DNA of 26,739 nucleotides from assembly GCA_040222015.1 (NCBI GenBank), contig JAVJWO010000183.1:1-26739 (forward strand), given 5' to 3'. Every line of letters starts with the position of its first letter. Positions within the stretch are counted from its first letter, which is position 1. This document shows, piece after piece, positions 15,694-25,497 of this stretch. This DNA comes from Coleofasciculus chthonoplastes F2-STO-03 (lineage in GTDB: Bacteria; Cyanobacteriota; Cyanobacteriia; Cyanobacteriales; Coleofasciculaceae). Made by a program: the position numbers and the translations under genes. A model generated the notes under the pieces. It worked only from the letters and a program-made list of their open reading frames with translations, was not told the origin of the DNA and ran no database searches.

Positions 15694-17637
15694 ATGAACT
15701 TTTGCAGTGATATTTTAATTGTGGGCGGCGGGGTGATTGGTTTGGCACTCGCCCTAGAGTTGAAGTGGCGGGGAGCGACAGTTACAGTTTTAACCCGCGA
15801 CTTTAAACAAGCAGCGACTCTAGCCGCCGCTGGTATGCTAGCCCCTCATGCGGAAGCCATTCCCGAAAGTCCGATGCGGGAGTTATGTGGGCGATCGCGA
15901 TCGCTCTATTCTCAATGGTGTACCAAACTGGAACAGCTTACGGGTGTGGCGACAGGATATTTGCCCTGTGGGATTCTTGCCCCAGTTTATGAAGATGTTT
16001 CCGCCTCTCACCCTGAGGCTGGTAATTGGTTAGATAAACAGGCGATTCATTTATATCAACTCGGTTTAGGGGCAGATGTGATTGGGGGTTGGTGGTATCC
16101 CGAAGATGGGCAAGTCGATAACCGAGCATTGGCGCAAGCCCTGCGATTAGCGGCTCAAGAATTAGGGATTGATCTGCGCGAAGGCGTTACAGTTGAGGCA
16201 ATTGAGCAGCAAAATCGTCGCGTTTGTAGCGTCAGAACCTCGGTTGGTGAATTTCAGGCTGACCATTATGTCTTAGCCACGGGGGCTTGGTCTAACCAAC
16301 TGCTACCCGTACCCGTTTATCCGAAAAAGGGTCAGATGCTGTCAGTTCAGATGCCAACCCATCCCCATCAGCCCTTACCCCTACAACGAGTGCTGTATGG
16401 ACCCGATACCTACTTAGTTCCCCGTCGAGATGGGCGGTTATTGATTGGTGCAACCAGTGAGGACGTGGGATGGCAATCGGATAATACACCTGCGGGAATT
16501 CACACCTTACTCTCACGAGCAATACGGCTATATCCGCCCCTACAGAATTGGTCTATTCGGGAATGCTGGTGGGGATTTCGACCCGCCACCCCAGATGAAT
16601 CTCCGATCCTCGGCGTTAGCCCTTGTGAAAACCTAACCCTAGCGACAGGACATTACCGTAATGGGATTCTCCTCGCCCCGATAACTGCCCAGCTATTGGC
16701 AGACTTGATGGAAACGCAAACCGCTGATCCGTTATTGGAGCATTTTCGATACGATCGCTTTTATCATCAATCCTCCTCAAATTTAATGATTAGTTCTCCG
16801 ATTACGTCCGTATCTCCCCAAACCACCTCGGTTACCGAACCAGCGACATCTGACTCGTTAATCATTGCAGGTCGAACATTTCACGCCCGCCTGATGACAG
16901 GGACAGGGAAATATAGCACCATTGAACAAATGCAACAGGGGATTGCGGCGAGTGGAAGTCAGATTGTTACCGTAGCCGTGCGGCGGGTGCAAACCAAATC
17001 CCCGGGTCATGAAGGATTGGCAGAAGCGCTGGATTGGACAAAAATCTGGATGTTACCCAATACCGCCGGCTGTAAAACCGCAGAGGAAGCGGTGCGGGTG
17101 GCACGGTTAGGACGGGAAATGGCAAAGTTATTGGGGCAAGAGGATAATAATTTTGTCAAGTTGGAAGTGATTCCCGACGCGAAATATTTATTACCAGACC
17201 CGATTGGTACTCTGGAAGCCGCTGAGAAACTGGTGAAAGAGGGGTTTGCGGTACTGCCGTATATTAATGCTGACCCCATGTTAGCTAAACGATTGGAAGA
17301 GGTGGGCTGTGTCACAGTGATGCCGTTGGGTTCTCCGATTGGTTCAGGACAGGGGATTAAAACGGCGGCAAATATCCAAATTATTATCGAAGAAGCGGGA
17401 ATTCCTGTGGTCGTGGATGCGGGGATTGGGTCGCCCAGTGAAGCCGCACAAGCCATGGAGATGGGGGCAGATGCAATACTAGTGAATAGTGCGATCGCGC
17501 TAGCCAAAAATCCGGTGGCGATGGGGAAAGCGATGGGGATGGCGACTGAAGCCGGACGTTTAGCTTTTCTGGCGGGACGGATTCCGATTAAAAGTTATGC
17601 GAGTGCGAGTTCACCGTTAACGGGGACAATTAGTTAA
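15694..17637 (+). CDS. thiO-thiG: Bifunctional glycine oxidase ThiO / thiazole synthase ThiG fusion
   Basis: FAD motif [35 protein letters not shown]; after a Ser/Thr linker, ThiG motifs [39 protein letters not shown]. Confidence 0.96.
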   Translation: MNFCSDILIVGGGVIGLALALELKWRGATVTVLTRDFKQAATLAAAGMLAPHAEAIPESPMRELCGRSRSLYSQWCTKLEQLTGVATGYLPCGILAPVYEDVSASHPEAGNWLDKQAIHLYQLGLGADVIGGWWYPEDGQVDNRALAQALRLAAQELGIDLREGVTVEAIEQQNRRVCSVRTSVGEFQADHYVLATGAWSNQLLPVPVYPKKGQMLSVQMPTHPHQPLPLQRVLYGPDTYLVPRRDGRLLIGATSEDVGWQSDNTPAGIHTLLSRAIRLYPPLQNWSIRECWWGFRPATPDESPILGVSPCENLTLATGHYRNGILLAPITAQLLADLMETQTADPLLEHFRYDRFYHQSSSNLMISSPITSVSPQTTSVTEPATSDSLIIAGRTFHARLMTGTGKYSTIEQMQQGIAASGSQIVTVAVRRVQTKSPGHEGLAEALDWTKIWMLPNTAGCKTAEEAVRVARLGREMAKLLGQEDNNFVKLEVIPDAKYLLPDPIGTLEAAEKLVKEGFAVLPYINADPMLAKRLEEVGCVTVMPLGSPIGSGQGIKTAANIQIIIEEAGIPVVVDAGIGSPSEAAQAMEMGADAILVNSAIALAKNPVAMGKAMGMATEAGRLAFLAGRIPIKSYASASSPLTGTIS

Positions 17638-17722
17638 GATTGTCATTTATCTTATGTCTTATGTCCTTTGTCAGGCTTCCCACCGAGATGGCTAAATCCC
17701 CAAAATCTGGAGGATACTTGTG

Positions 17723-18274
17723 ATGACTGTAACCACAACCAAATGGACGCTAGACGACTACCACCGCATGATTGAAGTCGGTCTGTTAGACAATCGTCAC
17801 GTCGAACTGTTAAACGGAGAAATTATTGAAATGCCCCCGGAGGGTCCAGAACATGCTTACCTGGGAGATGAAAGTGGGACTTATCTTAGCCAACTTTTAG
17901 GCGATCGCGCTAAAGTTCGGGAAGGTCGTCCCATCACCCTACCGAACAACTCTGAACCCGAACCTGATCTGGCGATTGTCAGACCTCTGGGACGAATCTA
18001 CCGCCAGCGCCATCCCTACGCTGAAGATGTCTTTTGGCTGATTGAGTTCGCTAACACCAGCCTCGCCAAAGACTTGGAGATTAAGCGCAAGGCTTACGCC
18101 GCTGCTGGAATTGAGGACTATTGGGTTGTCAACTTAAAAAACCGACACCTGAAAGTGTTTCGTGAACCTGTCGATGGTGACTATACCCGCCCATTAACCC
18201 TGACGACGGGAGAAATTCACCCGTTGGCATTTCCTGATGTAACGATTTCCGTGCAACGGTTATTAGAGGGCTAG
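17723..18274 (+). CDS. Uma2 (DUF820) family restriction-endonuclease-fold protein
   Basis: WTLDDYHRM, VELLNGEIIEMPP, SEPEPDLAIV, LIEFANTSLAKD, K..AYAAAGIEDYWVVNL; GGAGG RBS upstream. Confidence 0.92.
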   Translation: MTVTTTKWTLDDYHRMIEVGLLDNRHVELLNGEIIEMPPEGPEHAYLGDESGTYLSQLLGDRAKVREGRPITLPNNSEPEPDLAIVRPLGRIYRQRHPYAEDVFWLIEFANTSLAKDLEIKRKAYAAAGIEDYWVVNLKNRHLKVFREPVDGDYTRPLTLTTGEIHPLAFPDVTISVQRLLEG

Positions 18275-18337
18275 AACCGCTTTTTAGCGACGATAACAAT
18301 TTCTTATCCAAACAAGAGAGTATTCATCCTGAGAGTT

Positions 18338-18346
18338 TGTTACAAT
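18338..18346 (+). promoter_or_regulatory. Extended -10 element (TG-T-TACAAT) for psb34
   Basis: TGTTACAAT 35 nt upstream of the ATG; also matches one HLR1-like half site (GTTACAAT). Confidence 0.4.
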
Positions 18347-18381
18347 TCTATAAGTTGAGTAAAAAAGGTTATCAATCATTC

Positions 18382-18561
18382 ATGCCATATACCACAGAAG
18401 AAGGCGGACGTTTAAATAACTTTGCCCGTGAACCGAAAGTCTACCAAGCAGAACCACCAACCAAAACCCAGCAACGCAACTATGTATTCCTGGGAATTGC
18501 GGCTCTAGTTTTAGTTAGTGGATTAATGTTCGTCGCTGTCTCTGTATCGAGCGTTAGCTAA
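18382..18561 (+). CDS. psb34: Photosystem II assembly protein Psb34 (Ssl1498 family)
   Basis: MPYTTEEGGRLNNFAREPKVYQAEPP...QQRNY plus a single C-terminal TM helix. Confidence 0.9.
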   Translation: MPYTTEEGGRLNNFAREPKVYQAEPPTKTQQRNYVFLGIAALVLVSGLMFVAVSVSSVS

Positions 18562-18692
18562 TTGCTGCGATTCCCTAAATCGGGAACACCCCTGTTAATC
18601 CAGCGATTTTGGACTAACAATGAAGTGAAATCTGATCAAGGATTACGCGAAACATTAGTTCGATTTAGCCTAAAAAGCCAAAATCAGTAGGG

Positions 18693-19499
18693 TCAGGGGT
18701 TCGTTTCCCCTTGCATCACTTGCAACGCATTCATAACACTTTGATAACTGTCTGATCTGCCTTGTTCTTGGAAAAGTTCAGCCGCTTTCTGCAAATCAGC
18801 CGTCGCTGCTTCAATTTTCCCCAATTGGAATTGAGTCAGCCCCCGATTGTAATACGCTTCAGCAAAGGTGGGTTGCAGTTCAATTGATTTAGTATAATCA
18901 GCGATCGCGTCTTCATATTGTTCTAAGCGATTGCGGGTTAGCCCCCGATTATAATAAAGGCGAGCATTTTCGGGGTTGATTTCCAGCGCTTTAGCGTAAT
19001 CACCGAGAGCCGCTTCAGAATTGCCTAACTCGTCGTAAACATTCCCGCGACTAATATACGCTGTGTCATTTTCCGGGTTAATTTCGATCGCCTTAGTGAA
19101 ATCCGCGATCGCTTTTTGATAATCCCGGCGCACAAAATGGGTATAGCCTCGGTTACTATAGGCTTGACTGAAATCGGGATTTAACTTAATCGCTTGGGTA
19201 TAGTCATAAATCGCAGCATCGTAATTACCCAGACTATGATAAGCGTAGCCGCGATTATAGTAGGTATCCGCATCTTCGGGCTCCAGTTTTAATGCATCCC
19301 CGAATTCAGAAATCGCACCAGCATAATCACCCTGTTCCAATTTATCGACGCCTTGGTTATACAGTTCCACGGCTGTTAACTTCTCTGACGGGGCTTCTTG
19401 CACAACCCTGATTGGCTGTTGGGCGTGAACCGCTTCGGAGAATCCCGTCAGGACAGTCATTAATCCCAAAATGGTCAGTATGCGATAGGTTGAGTTCAT
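18693..19499 (-). CDS. Exported tetratricopeptide repeat protein
   Basis: Signal peptide from MNSTYRILTILGL (ATG at 19499); about 6 TPRs (YYNRG...AIxDYTxAI.LNP). Confidence 0.92.
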   Translation of the reverse strand: MNSTYRILTILGLMTVLTGFSEAVHAQQPIRVVQEAPSEKLTAVELYNQGVDKLEQGDYAGAISEFGDALKLEPEDADTYYNRGYAYHSLGNYDAAIYDYTQAIKLNPDFSQAYSNRGYTHFVRRDYQKAIADFTKAIEINPENDTAYISRGNVYDELGNSEAALGDYAKALEINPENARLYYNRGLTRNRLEQYEDAIADYTKSIELQPTFAEAYYNRGLTQFQLGKIEAATADLQKAAELFQEQGRSDSYQSVMNALQVMQGETNP

Positions 19500-19747
19500 C
19501 GTTGTTTTGGTTTTTCGGTTTAATGTTAAGAGGGTTAGCATGAGAGTTTTACACTCTGCCGACGTAAACCTTCCCAAAGTGGTTCCTGGTTAACCTTAAC
19601 CCAGTCCAAGCCAACATGACCTATCTTGATCATTAGCTTTCTTCGCCGGAAGCCCCACACCATACCTGTATCCAGGTTGGTGTAGGAGTATGTCACTGTA
19701 CCCGGAAGATGAGACAATAAAAATGCACCAATTCAAAGGATAAAAAG

Positions 19748-20287
19748 ATGCTCAAGACCATTGCCGCCATTTTGCTGCTAGTATTGAGCTTAAGTCTGCA
19801 TGGCTGCACTGTCGGCGTTAGTGGACTGAAAAGCTATGTCGATACGGCTGACGGTTATGAGTTTCTCTATCCGAATGGTTGGGTGCCGATTAAAGTTACT
19901 GATGGACCCGATGTTGTATTTCGGGATTTGATCGAGCCAACCGAAAATGTCAGCGTGGTGATTAACCCCGTTCCAGAGAATACAACCCTCACTGATTTAG
20001 GAACGCCTGGAGAAGTCGGTTACCAACTCCAGCAAAATGTGCTTTCGGCGGCGAATTCCAATCGTCAAGTTGAATTAGTCGATGCCAAAGCTCACGATAC
20101 GGGAGACAAAACCTATTATCTTCTTGAATATAGTGTCAAACTTCCCAGTCAAAATCGGCATGACCTAGCCACAGCCGTGATCAGTCATGATAAGCTCTAT
20201 ACCTTGAATGCTTCAACCACTGAAGAACGTTGGGATAAAGTGCAAGACTTGTTTACCCAAGTCGTTAGTTCGTTTAATGTCTACTAG
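19748..20287 (+). CDS. psbP: Photosystem II PsbP-like lipoprotein (CyanoP)
   Basis: Lipobox LSLHGC; DGYEFLYPNGW, DVVFRDLIE..ENVSVVI, LGTPGEVG, KLYTLN, EERW, SF.VY. Confidence 0.93.
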   Translation: MLKTIAAILLLVLSLSLHGCTVGVSGLKSYVDTADGYEFLYPNGWVPIKVTDGPDVVFRDLIEPTENVSVVINPVPENTTLTDLGTPGEVGYQLQQNVLSAANSNRQVELVDAKAHDTGDKTYYLLEYSVKLPSQNRHDLATAVISHDKLYTLNASTTEERWDKVQDLFTQVVSSFNVY

Positions 20288-20375
20288 ATGAGGGGTTATT
20301 TGTCAAGATTAATGGAACATAAGTAACAAATGACAGAGTTTGCTTCTCGCTGCGCGAGTAGGACAGAAGACGAAT

Positions 20376-20438
20376 GACATAAGACATAAGACATAAGACA
20401 TAAGACATAAGACATAAGACATAAGACATAAGACAAAT
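20376..20438 (+). repeat. Perfect heptamer tract (GACATAA)x8 running into the maf start codon
   Basis: 8 exact copies at 20376-20431, then GACAAAT overlapping the ATG at 20437. Confidence 0.95.
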
Positions 20439-21021
20439 GACAAAATTTGTTTTAGCCTCCGCTTCGCCAGCACGCCGCCGTTTATTGCAAAATGTTGGCA
20501 TTGAACCAATCGTTTGTCAGAGTGATTTTGATGAATCTCAGGTTAGGGTTGCTGATCCGGTAGAGTTGGTCAAGAGGTTAGCATTACACAAAGCCCAAAC
20601 CGTTGCGCCTAAATTTAACGATGCGCTAGTGTTAGGCTGCGATTCAGTGTTAAGCATTCAGGGTGAGAGCCACGGTAAACCAGCTAATCCCCAAGAGGCG
20701 ATCGCCCGGTGGCAGATGATGCGGGGTAGAGTGGGCGAACTCTATACCGGTCATGCCTTAATTGATTTATCCCAGGATAAAACAATTGTCCGTTGTGGGA
20801 TAACACGAGTCTACTTTGTTAATGTTAGCGATCGCGCGATTCAAGCTTATGTGGCTACAGGCGAACCGCTTAAGTGTGCGGGTTGCTTTGCGCTAGAAGG
20901 GCGGGGCGGCTTATTTGTCGAAAAACTAGACGGTTGTCATAGTAATGTTATTGGTCTCAGTTTACCCCTGTTGTATCAGATGCTGACTGAGCTGGGTTAT
21001 GAGGTGACAGACTTTTGGTAG
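20437..21021 (+). CDS. maf: Maf-family nucleoside triphosphate pyrophosphatase
   Basis: [45 protein letters not shown]. Confidence 0.95.
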   Translation: MTKFVLASASPARRRLLQNVGIEPIVCQSDFDESQVRVADPVELVKRLALHKAQTVAPKFNDALVLGCDSVLSIQGESHGKPANPQEAIARWQMMRGRVGELYTGHALIDLSQDKTIVRCGITRVYFVNVSDRAIQAYVATGEPLKCAGCFALEGRGGLFVEKLDGCHSNVIGLSLPLLYQMLTELGYEVTDFW

Positions 21022-21031
21022 TCATTCGTAA

Positions 21032-21106
21032 AGGAACAGGGAACAGGGAACAGGGAACAGGGAACAGGGAACAGGAAACAGGAAACAGGAAACAGGAAAC
21101 AGGAAA
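21032..21106 (+). repeat. Heptamer tract (GGGAACA)n switching to (GGAAACA)n
   Basis: About 10 consecutive 7-mers directly after the maf stop. Confidence 0.92.
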
Positions 21107-21182
21107 GGTAGAGAGTAGAGGCGGAAGTTTGTTATAGTCAAAGCACTTTGAGTATATTGTTAAGCTAATATAGCTGGAGCGG

Positions 21183-21611
21183 ATGATGACAACCAGCGAA
21201 GAATTCAAACAGAAACTAAGGGCGGGCAATATAGGGGACGCCTTTACCCTAGCCTTATCGGAATCGGTTGAATTGGAAATTACAACTTGGGTATCTTCCG
21301 CCAATTCGCCACCAACAGAGAAGCCTGCGGCTAATTCCTGTATGCGTACCCGGATCAATATTGTAGAAGGCTCCATCGATAATGAGGTAGGATCTCAATT
21401 TATCGGTAATGGTCCCTATACGGAACTACGCCAATTTCATACCCAGCAAGTTCAAGAAGGACGCCAGATTATCCAGAATAATCTCGAAAACTTACAACAA
21501 CTCTTTACCGTGTTGACTCGCGTGTTATACCAACCCCAACAGTCAACCCAGCAGCAACTTCGGGAGAGCAATCCGGCTCTGTCGCCTTCCAGTCAGGATA
21601 ATTTACCCTAA
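21183..21611 (+). CDS. Hypothetical protein A of the four-gene paralog cluster (stand-alone domain)
   Basis: 142 aa; GGAG RBS; clearly paralogous to the N-terminus of the next gene (ITTWV, IEG/VEG, QFIGNGPY, FH..QV, NNL). Confidence 0.88.
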   Translation: MMTTSEEFKQKLRAGNIGDAFTLALSESVELEITTWVSSANSPPTEKPAANSCMRTRINIVEGSIDNEVGSQFIGNGPYTELRQFHTQQVQEGRQIIQNNLENLQQLFTVLTRVLYQPQQSTQQQLRESNPALSPSSQDNLP

Positions 21612-21682
21612 TCTTGAAGATAGAGGTTGACAAATCTGGCAGTTTCTGTATTGGTTATCGCCCAAATTCAGGTGAGTGTATT

Positions 21683-23209
21683 ATGGCGTCGAGTCAGGAT
21701 TTTAGGCAACAACTTAAAGCAGGCAAGGTTCAAGAAGCGTTTGCTGGGGCTTTGGCGGAAGCGGTTCAGTTGAAGATTACGACGTGGGTGGCTGCTGATG
21801 CTGAGGATGGCGCCCAAACAGCCGCCCAACCCGGTTATCGCCTGCGGACTCAAATTAATACGATTGAGGGAGCGATCGCGAATGAGATTGGGGATCAGTT
21901 TATTGGCAATGGTCCCTATCGAGATCTCCTCCCCTTTCATTTAGACCAGGTGGCGCAAGGAAATCAGCTTGTTGAGAATAATCTTAAAAGTTTGCAAAAG
22001 CTATTTGAGATTTTAATTGCGCTGCAATATCACAAGACAGGGTTGAGTGAGATAGAATACCCGCCCTTATCCATTCCCCCGCAAGAGACAGCCACCCCAC
22101 CGGATGCGGGAATAGCCGCCGCCGAATTGACCGCCCAAACGCCAGATTTGACGACTCCGGATATTCAGGAACAGGTATCTCCTGAATCGACTCCCTCGCC
22201 AGAGATAACAACAGCTCCCTCGCCAGAGATAACAACAGCTTGGGAGGAGGAAGATGAGGATGATGAGGAAGATGAGGATGATGAGGATGACTCGGTGCTA
22301 GATTTGCTGGAGTCATTACCCCCTCCTCCACCCCCACCGCTAGAGGATGAAGAGTTCTCAATCACGGAGGAGGATGCGAGAGATGAATTCATTGAAGCAG
22401 AACCAGAACCACTATCGGATCGCCACGAAGCGGAGTTAGATGAGGACGACTGGCAAGTTCTCAACGAAGATTGGGGGACATTGAAACTTGAGGAATTGAA
22501 GTCACCCCCCTCGGCTGAACCGGATATCCCACCCCAGACAGACATTGAACCCAAACCGAGGGAACCGGAATCGGCTAAAAAAATGCCCAGTTTGGACTCC
22601 TTAGAAGAACTAAACCAGGATACTGACGACGATACCGACTGGGATGACTGGGTAGTAGATGAACCGGAATTAGGCGATCGCTCTTTTGCCCAGATGGATA
22701 CGGATGAAGACTGGGGTGACTTAGTAGAAGACTTTGACCCCTTCGCCGCCCCTCCACCTGTTGAGGAGTCTCCCTCAGCGTTAAATATTCAGGAAGACTG
22801 GGATGAATTTGCCGTTGAGGAACTTGAACCCTATTCTGATTTAACTGAGGTTGATAGTGAGATTGAATGGTCAGACTTGAGTGAAAGCCAAACCCCTGAG
22901 TCTACCAGCGATCCCCTGGAAGGGTTAGGCGCTTTACCTGAAGATTCTGAGGAAAAAGAACTGAATTCAGAATCATCAAGTGATCCCATGGATTTGTTGG
23001 GGGATCAAAACCAATCTGCCGAAAATGTGGATCAGCAGGATTATGAATTCGAGGAACTCTCCTTGGACGAATTTTCCCTGGATGATTTTGATCCCCTAAG
23101 CCATCCAGAGGAGGAGGATTTGGAGAAGAAACCCAAATCAACGCAGAAAGGAGAACCACCACCGCCTCCACCCCCTAGCCCCTTTCAGGATAAAAAACAT
23201 GAACCCTAG
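21683..23209 (+). CDS. Hypothetical protein B: same domain plus a ~390-aa acidic/Pro-rich disordered tail
   Basis: ATG at 21683 (MASSQDFRQQL) aligns with the start of protein A; tail dominated by D/E/P/S with recurrent DW motifs. Confidence 0.88.
   Translation: MASSQDFRQQLKAGKVQEAFAGALAEAVQLKITTWVAADAEDGAQTAAQPGYRLRTQINTIEGAIANEIGDQFIGNGPYRDLLPFHLDQVAQGNQLVENNLKSLQKLFEILIALQYHKTGLSEIEYPPLSIPPQETATPPDAGIAAAELTAQTPDLTTPDIQEQVSPESTPSPEITTAPSPEITTAWEEEDEDDEEDEDDEDDSVLDLLESLPPPPPPPLEDEEFSITEEDARDEFIEAEPEPLSDRHEAELDEDDWQVLNEDWGTLKLEELKSPPSAEPDIPPQTDIEPKPREPESAKKMPSLDSLEELNQDTDDDTDWDDWVVDEPELGDRSFAQMDTDEDWGDLVEDFDPFAAPPPVEESPSALNIQEDWDEFAVEELEPYSDLTEVDSEIEWSDLSESQTPESTSDPLEGLGALPEDSEEKELNSESSSDPMDLLGDQNQSAENVDQQDYEFEELSLDEFSLDDFDPLSHPEEEDLEKKPKSTQKGEPPPPPPPSPFQDKKHEP
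22191..22240 (+). repeat. 24-bp in-frame direct duplication (PSPEITTA)x2
   Basis: ctccctcgccagagataacaacag at 22191-22214 and 22215-22238. Confidence 0.9.
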
Positions 23210-23219
23210 GGGAAGCAAT

Positions 23220-23280
23220 GTAGAGACGTAGCACGCTATGTCTGTAGAGACGTGCCATGGCACGTCTGGGAGCAGGGGGA
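23220..23280 (+). repeat. REP-like elements, family B, two head-to-tail copies
   Basis: gtagagacgtagcacgctatgtct (23220-23243) + gtagagacgtgccatggcacgtct (23244-23267) + tail gggagcaggggga. Confidence 0.85.
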
Positions 23281-23379
23281 GCGATACAATTGAATGTTGA
23301 GTCACGAAGGTTTCCATTTTCGGGGAATTTCGGTAGATGATTGGATGACTGAACAGGTGTTCTAAAAAGGTGTGGGTTG

Positions 23380-24180
23380 ATGACCAATCGCAATCGACAA
23401 GAGCATTCAGATGTACCCGCCTCCAAAACCCGAGGCAATAATTCGGGTGTGGATCGAAACATCAATCACTTCTTGCAGTCGTTAGGTGACACACTGATCG
23501 ACTTCACGGCGCTAGAAGTGAATACGATCGTGGTAGATCATATTAGTGGTCATAAGTTTATTGCCTGGGAAGCTTACCGGGATATTTATCCGATTTCGCC
23601 AGGGTATTTAGAACAACAAGGTATCCACGAATCATTACGCGATCGCTACTTGAAGTTACGCACCAGTCTAGAACGGGAGTATCGAGGACTGTTGAATGAT
23701 CCAACCTCGGAACTTCATGATCCGACGGTGTATGAGCAGGATAACTCCAGTTTCGCCAATGACTTTGAGCGCACTCCCACTCGTCTCCCCAATCCCCTCG
23801 ATCTCGAAAGTCCAGAGACAATTGTTGCTATTCAACGACTGTTAGGAAACTGTCGTTTTTTACGGGGGTTGCGTAAACTGACGGAACTCAAAGCCGCTTT
23901 GGATGATCGGAATCAGACGGTACTACGTTTAGTCTCTCAGCAACCCGATCAAGTTGAGATGATTCAACGGATGATCGCCACGGATACGATTTGCGCTCAA
24001 ACCGTGATTCAACTCGATGGCGATGTGATCAATCGCTATGATCAATCTCTGTTTCACCATCCTCAGAAAGAGATGATTCTACAAATTCACCGAGAGGGAG
24101 TCATCGCCAGTGAACGACAATGGCGGGGACTATTGGAGTTTATTATTGGTCTAATCAAAGCTACACTGCATAAGTCATAA
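23380..24180 (+). CDS. Hypothetical protein C of the cluster (domain split by a ~150-aa helical insertion)
   Basis: ALEVNTIVV ... AQTVIQLDGDVINRY ... QIH; ATG at 23380. Confidence 0.88.
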   Translation: MTNRNRQEHSDVPASKTRGNNSGVDRNINHFLQSLGDTLIDFTALEVNTIVVDHISGHKFIAWEAYRDIYPISPGYLEQQGIHESLRDRYLKLRTSLEREYRGLLNDPTSELHDPTVYEQDNSSFANDFERTPTRLPNPLDLESPETIVAIQRLLGNCRFLRGLRKLTELKAALDDRNQTVLRLVSQQPDQVEMIQRMIATDTICAQTVIQLDGDVINRYDQSLFHHPQKEMILQIHREGVIASERQWRGLLEFIIGLIKATLHKS

Positions 24181-24225
24181 GGTATAGCGCTGCACGCAGG
24201 GAAAAGGAAACAGGGTTTGACGTTT

Positions 24226-24978
24226 ATGAATCAGCATCCTCGTTTAGCATCGCCGTCTCACCTGCTTTCTCCACGTCAGAATTCAGCGCTCGCGGCTTGT
24301 ATTCAAATCGAGGTGGAACGAATTTCTCGCTCTCAGGTTCTGTTTCACGGAGTTCGCTTCACGTTAGATAAAGAAATTCTACATCAGATTCAACAGGCTC
24401 AACAGATGGGGGATTCCTTGAAGCTTTCCCGCAAATTACTCACAGATTTGCGCTATTACGCTCTCATTGATGACGAAAACCGTTGGCAATCGGGACTCAG
24501 CTTTTGTACGTACTATCAGCGCGGAGACTCCCAAGAGGCGCTGATGCGAAGTGTGATTGGTATGGATGGTGATATTATTCATCAAATCCAGCGCAATTGT
24601 CTAGAACGTCCTAAGTTTTCCCATCAGATTTCAGCGGCGCATTATTGGTTAATTGAACAAATTATGCATCAGTTGCGTTTGGGTACATTTTTGCCGTTAA
24701 CTCGGTTAATCAATGGACTAGCTTTGGGATTGGCGTTGCTGATTGCTATGCTGCTGGTGATTCCCTTTATCCCCGTCTTTCTCAACAACCTTTGGATGCT
24801 AATCGCTGTTTTAATAATGGTGGGGTTATTTTATATTGGTTTTCGACGCCTATTTTATTTATTGCAACCAAAAGCAAGGCGCTGGATGATGCGGCGAATT
24901 ATGGCTGGATTTCTCTCCTCCAAACCCAGATCTAAGCGGTTAGCTAGGCGACTATTAAGCGGGTTATTTTCTTCTTGA
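24226..24978 (+). CDS. Hypothetical membrane protein D of the cluster (domain + two TM helices + basic tail)
   Basis: LSFCTYY ... MRSVIGMDGDIIHQI ... AAHYWL, two hydrophobic helices, Arg/Lys-rich C-terminus. Start uncertain (24217 or 24226). Confidence 0.85.
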   Translation: MNQHPRLASPSHLLSPRQNSALAACIQIEVERISRSQVLFHGVRFTLDKEILHQIQQAQQMGDSLKLSRKLLTDLRYYALIDDENRWQSGLSFCTYYQRGDSQEALMRSVIGMDGDIIHQIQRNCLERPKFSHQISAAHYWLIEQIMHQLRLGTFLPLTRLINGLALGLALLIAMLLVIPFIPVFLNNLWMLIAVLIMVGLFYIGFRRLFYLLQPKARRWMMRRIMAGFLSSKPRSKRLARRLLSGLFSS

Positions 24979-25059
24979 TAATTTTAGCGTTACCCTTCCC
25001 CATTCCCCACTCCCTATCCTTATTACAAGACTGATTCAGCCAGCCCTTACAAGATAACG

Positions 25060-25497
25060 ATGAATACTCAACTCACCACCTCGGAACTGAATTCATATCA
25101 AACCATATTACCCAATGATGATCCAGCACAAGACGCGATCGCACTTCTCAAAGACCATAATGGGGATATTGAGGCGTCGTTTGAGGAACTGTATCGCCAG
25201 AAATATGGTGCAATACCAGATTTTCCGGATAAATCCCTCTGGGAGGTGACGCTGAACCAGTTGCGTCAGGAATTATGTGGTGATGATAGCTTTCGCACCA
25301 AGGTACAGGAATATACCAAGAATCCCGGAAGTACACCCTTGCTGACGGGATTAATCGTGTATTTGGTAGGGTTAGCCGGATTTCCCCTTGATCCTGCGAT
25401 CGCTACCGTGGTGGTATTGTATATTCTCAAGATTGGGCTAAATATTTTCTGCCAATATACAGAACCCCCCGATTCTAAATCTTTACCGGGTAAGTAG
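25060..25497 (+). CDS. Hypothetical protein with a C-terminal hydrophobic hairpin
   Basis: 145 aa, ATG start; LRQELCGDDSFR then LLTGLIVYLVGLAGFPLDPAIATVVVLYILKIGLNIFC. Confidence 0.8.
   Translation: MNTQLTTSELNSYQTILPNDDPAQDAIALLKDHNGDIEASFEELYRQKYGAIPDFPDKSLWEVTLNQLRQELCGDDSFRTKVQEYTKNPGSTPLLTGLIVYLVGLAGFPLDPAIATVVVLYILKIGLNIFCQYTEPPDSKSLPGK

Larger units (their letters stand above)
2503..25403. repeat. Dispersed HIP1 octamers (GCGATCGC), about two dozen copies
   Basis: Examples at 2503, 2533, 5761, 15891, 17491, 17901 and 18901; fewer than one copy is expected by chance in 27 kb. Confidence 0.95.

Noticed and set aside
17007..17507. 166-aa minus-strand ORF
   Set aside because: Antisense shadow of thiG.
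15694..17637. ThiO-ThiG fusion as a novelty
   Set aside because: This fusion is already known in cyanobacteria.
20274..20509. ORFs with repeating LMSYVLC
   Set aside because: Translation of the GACATAA heptamer tract; the same applies to 20957-21376 (FPVPCSL).
21984..23171. Minus-strand Ser/Gly/His-rich ORFs
   Set aside because: Antisense shadows of the low-complexity acidic tail of protein B.
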